64,000 nucleotides of DNA from positions 27,219 to 91,218 of the forward strand of contig NW_021824839.1 in the NCBI RefSeq assembly GCF_006345805.1, in the 5' to 3' direction. Below the pieces are notes generated by a model. It ran no database searches and was not told the DNA's origin. It saw nothing but the letters and a program-made list of their open reading frames with translations. Position numbers and translations under genes: made by a program. Position 1 is the first letter of the stretch; each line of letters starts with the position of its first letter. The DNA comes from Octopus sinensis. Taxonomy: Eukaryota. Positions 25,235 to 36,649 of this stretch are shown one piece after another.

Positions 25235-25875
25235 CAGTGTATCCACCAAAATTATACACCGTTTAACAGCTGATAAGTCACTCAATTCTTTTCATATTCG
25301 ACCTATTAGAATCAATGTAGCGAACCAGGCTAAGCTTTGAACGAAATAATTTTATTCTGAAGTGCTGCTACTGGAAATTAGAAAAGTCAATTTAAGCAAT
25401 TCCGAAAACAGATCCACCAACGCGATTTAGCATCACTCGAATTAGAAATGAGTTCCAAGCAGATGGGATTGTTTCAGAATGTTGGAATTAAACGTTCTGG
25501 AAAACGGGCGACACAGACGAGTCCCACGAAGCAGGAAAGTGTATAAGAATTGTATTGCAATATTTCAAGAAAATCAATGCAGAAGGAGTATCATGAGATG
25601 GAGGTTTCGATATCAAGCATCCAACGCATTATGAAGCGCTGTCATTAGAAAAGCTACATCTTAAGAATAGTCCATGCTTTCATTGAAGAGTGGAGTCTTG
25701 TGAGCGGTACTTTGCAACATATATACTTGATGCAAAATTTCAAAGAAGATTTTTTTTGTAGTGATGATGCTATATCTAAATTAAACGGGCCTCAATTGGA
25801 AACCTGAGAATCTGTATATTACAGGAGAACATTATGTTAATTTACCGGGAGTTACAGTATGGTATAGTTTACCAT
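25235..25875 (+). mobile_element. Decayed Tc1/mariner-superfamily transposon
   Basis: TA|CAGTGT start; fragments DPPTRFSITRIRNEFQADGIV, KRSG..TSPTKQE, SISSIQRIMKR, F-x-SDDA, WKPEN..ITGEHYVNLPGVTVW. Confidence 0.7.
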
Positions 25876-25984
25876 CAAGAAACTTTTTCTTCACCCACTC
25901 CCTTCCAGTCATTTCAATATATGACCGCGTGTGTATCGTTGGCGATTTTCTTTCTCCGTCTTCCCTTCTTTGGACTTTTTCTAT

Positions 25985-26019
25985 ATTTCTGATGAAGAGC
26001 TCCGCTCGAAACGTGAAAT
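25985..26019 (+). ncRNA. Minimal type I hammerhead motif (G at position 17, probably inactive copy)
   Basis: AUUU-CUGAUGA-A-GAGC(UCC)GCUC-GAAAC-GU-G-AAAU; lies in a pyrimidine-rich element ending at (TA)n. Confidence 0.6.
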
Positions 26020-26115
26020 CCCCTTTCTTTTCTTTCCTTTCCTGAGCGTCCAATAACACTACTTATTCTATTTCCTTACGTTGTTTGTTTTTTCTTGCTT
26101 GTTCATGTTTGGATT

Positions 26116-26158
<43 letters not shown>

Positions 26159-26424
26159 CATATAGATGAGTGAGTTATCATGACCACGAAACTTTAAGTA
26201 ACATGAAGAGCTAAGTGAATTTGATACTCAATAAACACAAATCCAGCAATACATGCGGAGTGTGGTGCTACATCCATTAGTTTGCTCACTCACTCAATAT
26301 ACAGGGTTGGCCAAAAGTCACCTGACAGTAAATCAAACCCATTTAATTCCAAGATTTATTTATGTTTAACAACTGAATGAATTTAATAAAAGCATCTGAA
26401 TATGAAACATAAGGAAAAATTATT

Positions 26425-26595
26425 TACATTATTTACATTCGACGGATATTTGTTCTCATCTTGTTTGTTGTTAACACAACCCAGGTTCGAAATTTCCCCA
26501 AGACACCTGATGAAGGCTGGAGGGTATATCAGCCGAAAAGTTGTGTTAACAACAAACACGATGAAGACAAATATCCGTCGAATGTAAATAATGTA
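26425..26595. repeat. Hairpin element (about 57-bp arms) inside the MITE
   Basis: TACATTATTTACATTCGACGGATATTTG...AACACAAC versus GTTGTGTT...CAAATATCCGTCGAATGTAAATAATGTA. Confidence 0.85.
26502..26547 (+). ncRNA. Minimal type I hammerhead motif (C15.2A in this copy)
   Basis: GACAC-CUGAUGA-A-GGCUG(GAGGGUAUAU)CAGCC-GAAA-A-GU-U-GUGUU. Confidence 0.6.
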
Positions 26596-27113
26596 CATAA
26601 TTCCTCATCTCTGAAATATAGAACAATAAGGGAAAATTGTTCAAGCTGAAGTCCTTCATGAGCAACACATTTTCCCGTTCGAGTCAATACAGACTCATAG
26701 ATAGTATTTACGAAATTTTGATTTACTGTCGGGTGACTTTTGGCCAACCCTGTATATTAGCTGAGTAGCACTCAGCACACATTGTTGTACTCTTTTGGAA
26801 GCCATAATAACACTGAAAATTCAAATGTTTCTTCGCTATCTGTACTGAAACTAGGATTTTCCCGGTCTGTTCGGAGGCGTGAGAGCAGCTTTAACAATAT
26901 AACTCTAGTTTTAGTTGTACTGCACGTCACTAACTTGGCCTGTAAAACTAGTCTGCAAACTGTTTTCGACCCACGGTTTTAATTAAACCAATTTAATTCA
27001 CTTGTGTTATTGCTACGTATAAGGAAATACTAAATGACACGCAATCTCATTAGCCTTTATTCTGGAGCCAGTCGGAGTGAATGAAAGGTAAAGAACAAAA
27101 GAAAGATACTCAA

Positions 27114-27275
27114 GGCGCAGGAGTGGCTGTGTGGTAAGTAGCTTGCTAACCAACCACATGGTTCCGGGTTCAGTCCCACTGCGTGGCATCTTGGGCAAGT
27201 GTCTTCTACTATAGCCCCGGGCCGACTAATGCCTTGCGAGTGGATTTGGTAGACGGAAACTGAAAGAATCCTGTC

Positions 27276-27331
<56 letters not shown>

Positions 27332-27548
27332 TTGTGTGTCTGTGTTTGTCCCCCTAGCATTGCTTGACAACCGATGCTGGTGTGTTTACGTCTCCGACAC
27401 ATAGCGGTTCGGCAAAGGAGACTGATAGAATAAGTACTAGGCTTACAAAGAATAAGTCCTGGGGTCGATTTGCTCGACTAAAGGCGGTGCTCCGGCATGG
27501 CCGCAGTCAAATGACTGAAACAAGCAAAAGAGTAAAAGAGTAAAAGAG
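27114..27548 (+). mobile_element. SINE-2, full length
   Basis: GGCGCAGGAGTGGCTGTGTGG...GGTTCAGTCCC (B-box-like)...GGCCGCAGTCAAATGACTGAAAC(AAAAGAGT)n. Confidence 0.9.
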
Positions 27549-27909
27549 TAAGAAACGAACGAGCGAGGCACGCTGAAATATTTAAGTCTGTGTTTCGGCC
27601 ATCGGTTTCGTATTATAGAAAATATATAGATGTTATTGTGTTGTCTTTATACTATTGTTGTTGTTGCTATTGTTGTGTAGACCCATTTGCCAGGATTAAT
27701 TAGACTCATACCACCACACAGATTGCGGGTCAAATAATTTCATGTGATTCTAGTGCTTCAGACACATCAAGGATATCATCTCCCTGGTTGACGACCGCAC
27801 TAAACATTTTAACGTTAAATGATTTATGAAATGGCGTGGAGTGTGGAAGTTTGAGTACGTTACGTTTATTCCGCTGTCTTTCTGTTACTTTATATATGTG
27901 TACGTATAT

Positions 27910-27971
<62 letters not shown>

Positions 27972-28637
27972 CTGTTGATGTTCTTGTTTAGCCCCAGGTT
28001 TTCCTTCATCGAGCAGAGATGTATGCTATGTTAGATGTCTGTGGTCGAAGCGGAGGCTGTTAAAATGGCTGTTGTTATTTCTCAGCATTTATCATTTGCG
28101 GTGAATATATAAATGCAGTATATTTAGGTTAATAATGGTTTCAAATTTTGGCTCAAGGCCAACAAGCGGGGAGTGGGGAAAGGACGGATAAGTCGATTAG
28201 ATCGACCTCAGTGCTCTACTGGTACTTATTTTATCGATGGTGGTGTGTTTACGTCCCCGTAACTAATGTAAATAATGTACATAATTCATCATCTCTGAAA
28301 TATAGAACAATAAGGAAATGTTGTTCAAACTGAAGTCCTTCTTGAGCAACACATTTTCCTATTCGAGTCAATACAGACGGAATTTTGATTTACTGTCGGG
28401 TGACTTTTGGCCAAACCTGTATATTAGCTGAGTAGCACTCAGCACATATTGTTGTAGACTTTTGGAAGCCATAATAAAACTGAAAAATCAAATGTTTCTT
28501 CGTTATCTGTACTGAAACAAAAGAGACCAAGAGAATAAGTACTAGGCTTCCAAAGAATAAATACTGGGGTCGATTTGTTCGACTAAAGGCGGTGCTCCAG
28601 CATGGCCGCAGTCAAATTACTGAAACAAGTAAACAAA

Positions 28638-28875
28638 GAGTGCAGTCGCGACTGAATGCTTGTTGTGAACTGAAAGAACAGATGGAAGTTGATCCGGACC
28701 TGTTTTCGAATGTTATCAGTGGTGATGAAAGATGTGGAAGAGATAAAGATAAAAAAAACGACGGATGCGTTAAAAGGCATCCTTCCACAAGAGTTCCAGC
28801 ACTGCTTCGAACAGTGGAAAACGGGTCTGGACCGACGCGTTGCTTCAAATGGAGAACACTTTGAAAGGGATAACT
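28638..28875 (+). mobile_element. Internally deleted mariner transposase fragment
   Basis: RLNACCELKEQMEVDPDLFSNVISGDE joined to DVEEIK..FQHCFEQWKTGLDRRVASNGEHFERD. Confidence 0.8.
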
Positions 28876-28879
28876 CTTT

Positions 28880-29285
28880 ACGCTTTTACTCTTTTTTTAC
28901 TCTTTTACTTGTTTCAGTCATTTGACTGTGGCCATGCTGGAGCACCACCTTTAGTCGAGCAAATCGACCCCAGGACTTATTCTTTGGAAGCCTAGTACTT
29001 ATTCTATCGATCTCTTTTGCCGAACCCCTAAGTTACGAGGACGTAAACACACCAGCATCAGTTGTCAAGCGATGTTGGGAGGACAAACACAGACACACAC
29101 ATACATATATATACATATATACGACGGGCTTCTTTCAGTTTCCGTCTACCAAATCCACTCACAAGGCTTTGGTCGGCCTGAGGCTATAGTACAATACACT
29201 TGCCCAAGGTGCCACGTAGTGGGACTGAACCCTGAACGATGTGGTTGGTAAGCAAGCTACTTACCACACAGCCACTCCTACCCCT
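28880..29285 (-). mobile_element. SINE-2
   Basis: Full module match. Confidence 0.9.
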
Positions 29286-30182
29286 ATAAAAGTGTAAACG
29301 TGTAAAATTAAGTGAATAAAATAATATTGCAAAATTCGGGTGTCTTTTAGGTACCCCCTCGTATACCATCGAAACCAGGTAACCGGCTCTATAAGTCAAT
29401 ATAACCCGACAGGAACTTTATCATCCTGTTTTTTTTTCTTTTCTTTTTTTCTTACTTTTTTACCTTCACAACGAAAGTACTTAGAGCTTTTACCTAAAGT
29501 CTAGAATGTGACATTTATCTACTTCGATAAAAAAAGAATAATATAATGTTATCTATTTCTTTGACGTCATAATACTTTCAATAATAGAATTATATCACCA
29601 AGATATTTTCGTTGATAATTCCGAAGGTCTTTCGGATATTGAAATATTAATAGTATTTTCAGACATGAACTTCCGTCACTTACCAACTCATACCTGCTTG
29701 CTTAAACAATATAACGCGAATGGATTTTGTACATAATTTGATTAATTAAACGTTTTAATTATCCTTGATTTCTGACGTCAATGCAACGTCGGTTGTAAAA
29801 TCAGCCTTTCAATAAAAGTCTTTCCAGATTAATTTATTCATAAAGCATCACAAAAAAAATTTCTATGTGGTTTAAGACGCGTCACTAAAATCTAGGGCCG
29901 CCAAACTGGGGTACAATTGTCTGATTACGCAACATATTCCGGGTGGCAATCTGCTTCCGTCTTTTTTATTTTTTTTTCATTCATTTAGTCTACTTGATTT
30001 TTAAGAGTCCGACTGAATAAATTATGAACTTAGTAAATTATTTAGAACAGACCAACGAACAATCCGTGTATATACATATATATGTATGTGTGTATGTTTA
30101 AAAAAAACACACATATACACAATCATGTGTGTGTATATATATGTATATATAGGTGTGCATTATATATATATATATGGCTATA

Positions 30183-30575
30183 GGCGCAGGAGTGGCTGTG
30201 TGGTAAGTAGCTTGCTAACCAACCACATGGTTCCGGGTTCAGTCCCACTGTGTGGCATCTTGGGCAAGTGTCTTCTGCTATAGCCCCGGGCCGACCAATG
30301 CCTTGTGAGTGGATTTGGTAGACGGAAACTGAAAGAAGCCTGTCGTATATATGTATATATATGTATATATGTGTGTGTGTTTGTCCCCCTAGCATTGCTT
30401 GACAACCAATGCTGGTGTGTTTACGTCCCCGTCACTTAGCGGTTCGGCAAAAAGAGACCGATAGAATAAGTACTGGGCTTACAAAGAATAAGTCCCGGGG
30501 TCGATTTACTCGACTAAAAGCGGTGCTCCAGCATGGCCGCAGTCAAATGACTGAAACAAGTAAAAGAGTAAAAGA
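30183..30575 (+). mobile_element. SINE-2
   Basis: Full module match. Confidence 0.9.
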
Positions 30576-30589
30576 GTATATATATATTA

Positions 30590-30890
30590 CGTTGTTAATG
30601 TCCTGTAATTTGTATTTCTGCACCATTTCTCCATTTTTTTCCGTCCTTGTTTTCGTATACATTCGCTGCTTTCTTCCAAGGAATTTAGAGCTCTTAGCTT
30701 AGTTTTACCTCAGGGCGGGCCAGATTCGAGTATAACCAGCCGAAATTGCAAAGATAATCTGGAACTCGACTGAGGAAAGAAAACTCCGAATGACCCGTCC
30801 TTGTTTTCTTTGTATCGTCTGTCAGAATGTTTTGTCCCTTTTTTTGTATCACCTGTCTGGATGATTTGTGTTCTTGTCCCATTTTTCCTT
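30590..30890 (+). mobile_element. TA-anchored interspersed repeat (also 52260-52480 and 52775-52940 in reverse, 57330-57610 forward); possible Penelope-like terminal repeat
   Basis: Shared blocks TTGTTTTCGTATACATTCG, CGAATGACCCGTCCTTG, GTTCTTGTCCC; always abuts (TA)n. Confidence 0.6.
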
Positions 30891-30918
30891 AATATATATA
30901 TATATATATATATATATA

Positions 30919-31330
30919 GGCACAGGAGTGGCTGTGTGGTAAGTAGCTTGCTTACCAACCACATGGTTCCGGGTTCAGTCCCACTGCCTGTCACCTTCAA
31001 CAAATGTCTTCTACTATAGCCTCGGGTCGACCAAACCTTGTGAGTGGATTTGGTAGACGGAGACTGAAAGAAACCTGTCGTAGATATGTATACGTATATA
31101 TATGTGTGTATGTTTGTGTGTGTGTGTTTGACCTACCCCACCAAAATCGCTTGACAACCGATGGTGGTGTGTTTACGTCCCCGTAACTTAGCAGTTCTGC
31201 AAAAGAGATCGATAGAATATGTACTAGGCTTACGAAGAATAAGTCCTGGGGTCAATTTGTTCGAATAAATGTGGTGCTCCAGCATGGCCGCAGTAAAATG
31301 ACTGAAACAAGTAAAAGAGTAAAAAGAGAG
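30919..31330 (+). mobile_element. SINE-2
   Basis: Full module match. Confidence 0.85.
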
Positions 31331-31351
31331 TATATATATATATATATATAA

Positions 31352-31646
31352 CTAGCAGTATCGCCGGCGTTGCTTGGGTTTGTAAGGGAAATAACTATAT
31401 AAGCATTTTTAGAGAGTTATAGCCAAAAAATAGCAAAAAAATGCATTAAAAATGGAAAAAAATTATCGTAAATTTTTTTTTTAATCGTAGACTCATCGTA
31501 GACGCGTGCTAATACCCAGAAGGGCTCGATATGAATCACGACTATAAGATACCCGTTTTTGGTTAAACTGCACCGCAAAATGCGGGAGTTGGTAGGAATC
31601 TAAATCGTAGGAGACAGACACACAACTTGACTTTTATATATAAAGA
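31352..31646 (-). mobile_element. Non-autonomous Helitron
   Basis: On the minus strand A|TC start, subterminal GCAACGCCGGCGATACTGC hairpin-like motif, CTAG|T end, no TSD; same family as 51868-52251. Confidence 0.8.
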
Positions 31647-32113
31647 TTACAAGAGAAATTTGAGACTTCGTTCTAACATAATCCATTACTGTTCGAAACT
31701 TTTGTGCTACTTTTAATACAATAGAGAACAACTGATCTGACAGCCCTGCTAAAAACTAAATCTTAAGACTTGCATTTGTGCCTTAATCCTGCCAATTAAG
31801 AACGATAATTTCCTAATCTTTAGAATATCTTTTAATTTATTCAGGTTTCTTCTTCTATCGACTTGCGTCGGACATGATGACTGATGAGCTACGTATCCCG
31901 TTAATTATAGGATTTGCGTGTCATTGTTTCCTCATTATGTCGTTCAAAGTTAATTAGTATTGCTGCATAGAGCGGTGAGTTGGCAGAGTCGTTAACATGT
32001 CGGTCAAAATGGTCAGCAGTATTTCTTCTGGCTTAAAGACGGCAAGCTGGCAGAACAGGAATAGTTGGTACGCCGAAAAAAATGATTGGCGACATTTATT
32101 CCGGCTTTACGTT

Positions 32114-32213
<100 letters not shown>

Positions 32214-32892
32214 TATATATATACAGAACCCTCAAAATCAACACCTCAAAACTAATAAATATTCAAGATATGTTTCCACTGAAACAACAAAACATATAAT
32301 CCTTTCCAACCATACGGTTCCGGGTTCAGTCCCACTGCGTGGGAACTTGCGCAAGTATCTTTTTCTGCAGCCTCCGGGACGACCAAAACCTTGTGAGTGG
32401 ATTTGGTAGACGGAAACTGAAAGAAGCCCCTATAATGTACATACGTACGTATTTGTGCATCTATGTTTGTCCCCCCCCCCCATCATCGCTTGACAACCGA
32501 TGTTGGTGTGTTTACGTCAAACAATAAGCCCTGGGTTCGATTTGTTCGACTAAAGGCGGTGCTCCAGTATGGCCGCAGTCAAGCAACTGAAACAAGTAAA
32601 AGAATATGCATACATTACCATTAATAAGCAGTTATTTATTATTCGAATACCTGTCGAGGTCAACTTCGCCTTTTCGTCCTTTTGGTGTGGATAAAATAAA
32701 TGCCAGTCATATACTGGGGTCGAGGAAATCGACTATCGCATTTCCCCACAAAATTTCAGGCCTTGCATCAAGAGTAACAGGGGATTATTACAGTAGGAAA
32801 TCAATCTAAAAAACAATCAAAATAATAGCGAAATCAACATAAAACAAAGACCATTCCCTTCACTTCACTTTAGCATTATTTGTAATATTTAA

Positions 32893-33468
32893 GGCGGCGA
32901 GCTGGCAGAAACGTTAGCACGCCGGGCGAAATGCTTAGCGGTATTTCGTCTGGCGTTACGTTCTGGGCTCAAATTCCGCCGAGGTCGACTTTGCCTTTCA
33001 TCCTTTCGGGGTCAATTAAATAAGTACCAGTTGCACACTGAGTTCGATATAATCGACTTAATCCGTTTGTCTGTCCTTGTTTGTCCCCTCTGTGTTTAAC
33101 CCCTTGTGGGTAGTAAAGAAATAGGTATTTCGTCTGCTATTACGTTCTGAGTTCAAAATCCACCGAGGTCGACTTTGCTTTTCATCCTTTCAGGGTCGAT
33201 TAAATAAGTACCAGTTACGCACTGGGGTCGATATAATCGACTTAATCCGTTTGTCTGTCCTTGTTTGTCCCCTCTGTTTAGCCCCTTGTGGGTAGTAAAG
33301 AAATAGGTATTTCGTCTGTATTTACGTTCTGAGTTCAAACTCCGCCGAGGTCGACTTTGCCTTTGATCCTTTCGGGGTCGATAAATTAAGTACCAGTTAC
33401 GTACTGAGGTCGATCTAATCGACTGGCTCCCTCCCCCAAAATTTCGGGCCTTGTGTCTAGAGTAGAAA
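32893..33468 (+). mobile_element. SINE-1 trimer (two type-A junctions; last unit with the alternative tail)
   Basis: AAAGAAATAG|GTATTTCG at 33124/33125 and 33306/33307; ends CCCCCAAAATTTCGGGCCTTGTGTCTAGAGTAGAAA. Confidence 0.9.
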
Positions 33469-33489
33469 ATATTATTTGTAATATTCTTT

Positions 33490-33709
33490 CATTCTTTTAC
33501 TTGTTTCAGTCATTTGATTGCGACCATGCTGGAGCACCGCCTTTTTGTCGATCAAATCGACCTCAGGGCTTATTCTTTGTATACGTAGTAATTATTCTAT
33601 CGGTCCCTTTTGCCGAACCTCTAAGTTACGGGGACGTAAACGCACCAACATTGGCTTCAAGTGATTGTAGGGGGACAAACACAAATACATACATACATAC
33701 ATACATACA

Positions 33710-33743
<34 letters not shown>

Positions 33744-33900
33744 CGACGGGTTTCTTTCAGTTTCCGTCAACCAAATCCATTCACAAGGCTTCGGTCGGCT
33801 CGAGGCTATAGTAGAAGACACTTGCCCAAGATGCCACGTAGTGGGACTGAACCCAGGACCATGTGGTTGGGAAGCAAGCTTCTTACCACACAGCCACTCC
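33490..33900 (-). mobile_element. SINE-2
   Basis: Full module match. Confidence 0.85.
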
Positions 33901-34562
33901 TGAGCCTTGGTATAAAACTTATCGCCGCTGGAAACTCCGACATGTTCAGTGAACAGGTCGCAGTTCCGAGTGAAGAAAATGATTGACGTCAAATAACATA
34001 TATGTGTATCACAATAGTTTGACTCAAAGTTCCGTAGGCGTAAATTATGCTCACCATTGCGTCAGAGATTCGGAGATAGAGTTTAATTGCTATTATTTTT
34101 AGCTGAGAAGCGACAAGAATGACATAAGAACCTAGATTTTCGTACCAAAGTACAAGTTTGATAAGTGCCACCACACTTGTCGAACTTGCTTCATGAATCT
34201 GCCTCGCAATTTTTCATCGTACGTGCATGCGTGTGCGCGCGTGTATCTTTTATCTTCTAATTTTGCAATCATTGACTTCCAGCTATGCTGGAGCACCGCC
34301 CCCAAGTGTTTTCCTCGATCGAATCAAACTCAGTGCTTTCCACTGATGAGGTCCAGTAGACCGAAATCACGTGATATGGGAATTCCAGCGCCCATGACAG
34401 ACGATGATATGAGGATCTCTCAAGGCTAATATCGCAGTATTTGGTGTTCCACTAAAGACATCCATGTAAAGTCGGATATAAAGATTATCTTTTGGTATGA
34501 AGACTGGTATTCCATTGCTAATATATGTGTTCGTGTATCTCTCTCTCTTCTCTCTCCCCCCT

Positions 34563-34601
<39 letters not shown>

Positions 34602-34608
34602 CTATCTA

Positions 34609-35173
34609 TTGGGTTGTCCGGAAAATTCGTGCCGATTTATAGTAGCTTACCTTTCGACTTATTTTAGAACATGGTTGAGTCCATAAAATAGGATTTGACT
34701 ACATCTCCATTTAGAATACAGTTTAAGCTATCTTTTCGTGGAAGAAGGTTTATATTCCTATAACCTGTGTTAATTCTGTAACCCTTTAAAACGGAAGATA
34801 AGAAAGTTCATTTTCGGCACTTGATGCTTTGGGAACCAGGCAAAAATTGCTGCAGCTCGGCTGGGATGTGTTATCCCACCCTCCATATTCACCAGATATT
34901 GCTCCTTCGGATTTCCACTTATTCAGGTCTCTGCAGAATAGTCTTAATGGTAAAAATTTCAATTCCTTGGATGACATAAAAAGATACCTTGATGAATTAT
35001 TTGCCATGGAACCACCTCAATTCTGGGAAGAGGGTATTTTCAAGTTAAAGGTAAATGGAGACGCATTGTACAGCAAAATGGTTCATATTTGGTTGATTAA
35101 AAATGTAATGGCAAGTATTTATTGACCTTTTTCTTTCCTTTAAAAATCGGCACGAACTTTCCGGACAACCCAA
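34609..35173 (+). mobile_element. Internally deleted mariner with intact TIRs and TA TSD
   Basis: TA|TTGGGTTGTCCGGAAAATTCGTGCCGATTT ... AAATCGGCACGAACTTTCCGGACAACCCAA|TA; N-terminal EDKKVHFRHLML fused to LGWDVLSHPPYSPDIAPSDFHLFRSLQ. Confidence 0.9.
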
Positions 35174-35248
35174 TATCTATCTATCTATCTATCTATCTAT
35201 CTAAATGTATATATGTGTATTTGAGTATGTGCTTGTATGTGTGTGTGT

Positions 35249-35294
<46 letters not shown>

Positions 35295-35564
35295 ATTAAT
35301 TATTAGCCATGGAAGTGGTAATAATGCTAAAAGGGATGTATGTATTTGGAAGGCTTTCACGGAGTTTCCGTTTGCCAAATCCACTCACAAAGCATTGGTT
35401 AACCCAAGCTATAGGCGCAGACACTTCTCTAAGGTGCTGCGTAGTGTAACTGAACCTGAAACTATGTGGTTACGAAGCGACCTTCTTAACCACACAGTCA
35501 TGAGTGTTTCGTCAATGCTGTAGCTTAGCTTCAGTTTCTTAACGGGAGGCCAACTGAAAAATAC

Positions 35565-36020
35565 CTATTTCTTTACTACCCGCAAGGGGCTAAACACAGA
35601 GAGGACAAATAAGGACAGACAAACGGATTAAGTCGATTATATCGACCCCAGTGCGTAACTGGTACATAATTTATCGACCCCGAAAGGATGAAAGTCAAAG
35701 TCGACCTCGGCGGAATTTGAACTCAACGTAACGGCAGACGAAATACGGTTACTTATTTCGCCCGGCGTGCTAACGTTTCTGCCAGCTAGCCAACCGATAA
35801 TACCTATCTCTTTACTACCCACAAGGGGCTAAACACAGAGAGGACAGACAAACGGATTAAGTCGATTATATCGACCCCAGTGCGTAACTGGTACTTAATT
35901 TATCGACCCCGAAAGGATGAAAGACAAAGTCGACCTCGGCGGAATTTGAACTCAGAACGTAACGGCAGACGAAATACGGCTGCGCATTTCGCCCGGCGTG
36001 CTAACGTTTCTGCCAGCTCG
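35565..36020 (-). mobile_element. Two full-length SINE-1 copies separated and bounded by three copies of a 14-15-bp target repeat
   Basis: CCAACTGAAAAATAC (35550), CCAACCGATAATAC (35790), CCAACCGAAAATAC (36021). Confidence 0.85.
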
Positions 36021-36649
36021 CCAACCGAAAATACTAAGACCATCAGCGTTGTAGTAGTGGTAAAAAGAATGCCATTTCTGTTTTAACTTCAAGAGCTGGA
36101 GAAAGGGAGATTCACAGTTATTTTAACAAAGCAAGTCAGAGAAAACCAAACTAATCCGAGCACTTAACAAAATGAGATTTGCTAAATAAAAGAAAAAAAA
36201 CAAAACAAAAAGAAAAAATGGAAGAGGTATGGGAATTTCAAAAGTAGATTTTTGTACAAAGTTTATTTAGTGATAAGAACAACGCACATACATGCATACA
36301 TACATCACGCACACATTTATGTGCATACCATTATGTGAATACAGAAATTGAAAGAGTTACGTCTCTCTCTCACTAACACTCTCTCTCTCTCTCTCTCTTT
36401 TTCTCTCTCTATCTCTGTGTGTCGGCTTGTGCACAAGCATACATATATAATGCAAATATACTTCATAGGTGAAGTGCAGATATTCTCTATATAGACGACA
36501 CTTAGTGGTGCTCAAAAGATTCAGTCTTAGACTCCGATGTCTTTACAAGGGATCATTCCCCAAGGTAAAGAATGGCTGTAACAGGAATCAGGTTGAACTG
36601 GTATAGAAGCAATTATTGGGATAAATTAATTAGACACATCAATATATAT

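Larger units (their letters stand above)
26302..26752. mobile_element. Tc1/mariner-type MITE with TA TSD
   Basis: TA|CAGGGTTGGCCAAAAGTCACCTGACAGTAAATCAAA ... TTTGATTTACTGTCGGGTGACTTTTGGCCAACCCTG|TA. Confidence 0.9.

Noticed and set aside
31881-31900. CTGATGAG hammerhead-core match
   Set aside because: No stem II-GAAA partner nearby
32893-33468. CRISPR-like or satellite reading of the tandem units of about 185 bp
   Set aside because: Eukaryotic context, no unique spacers, and the units are SINE bodies
33905-34200. Unique-looking segment with ORF 33989-34174
   Set aside because: No recognisable domain or coherent splice signals in any frame
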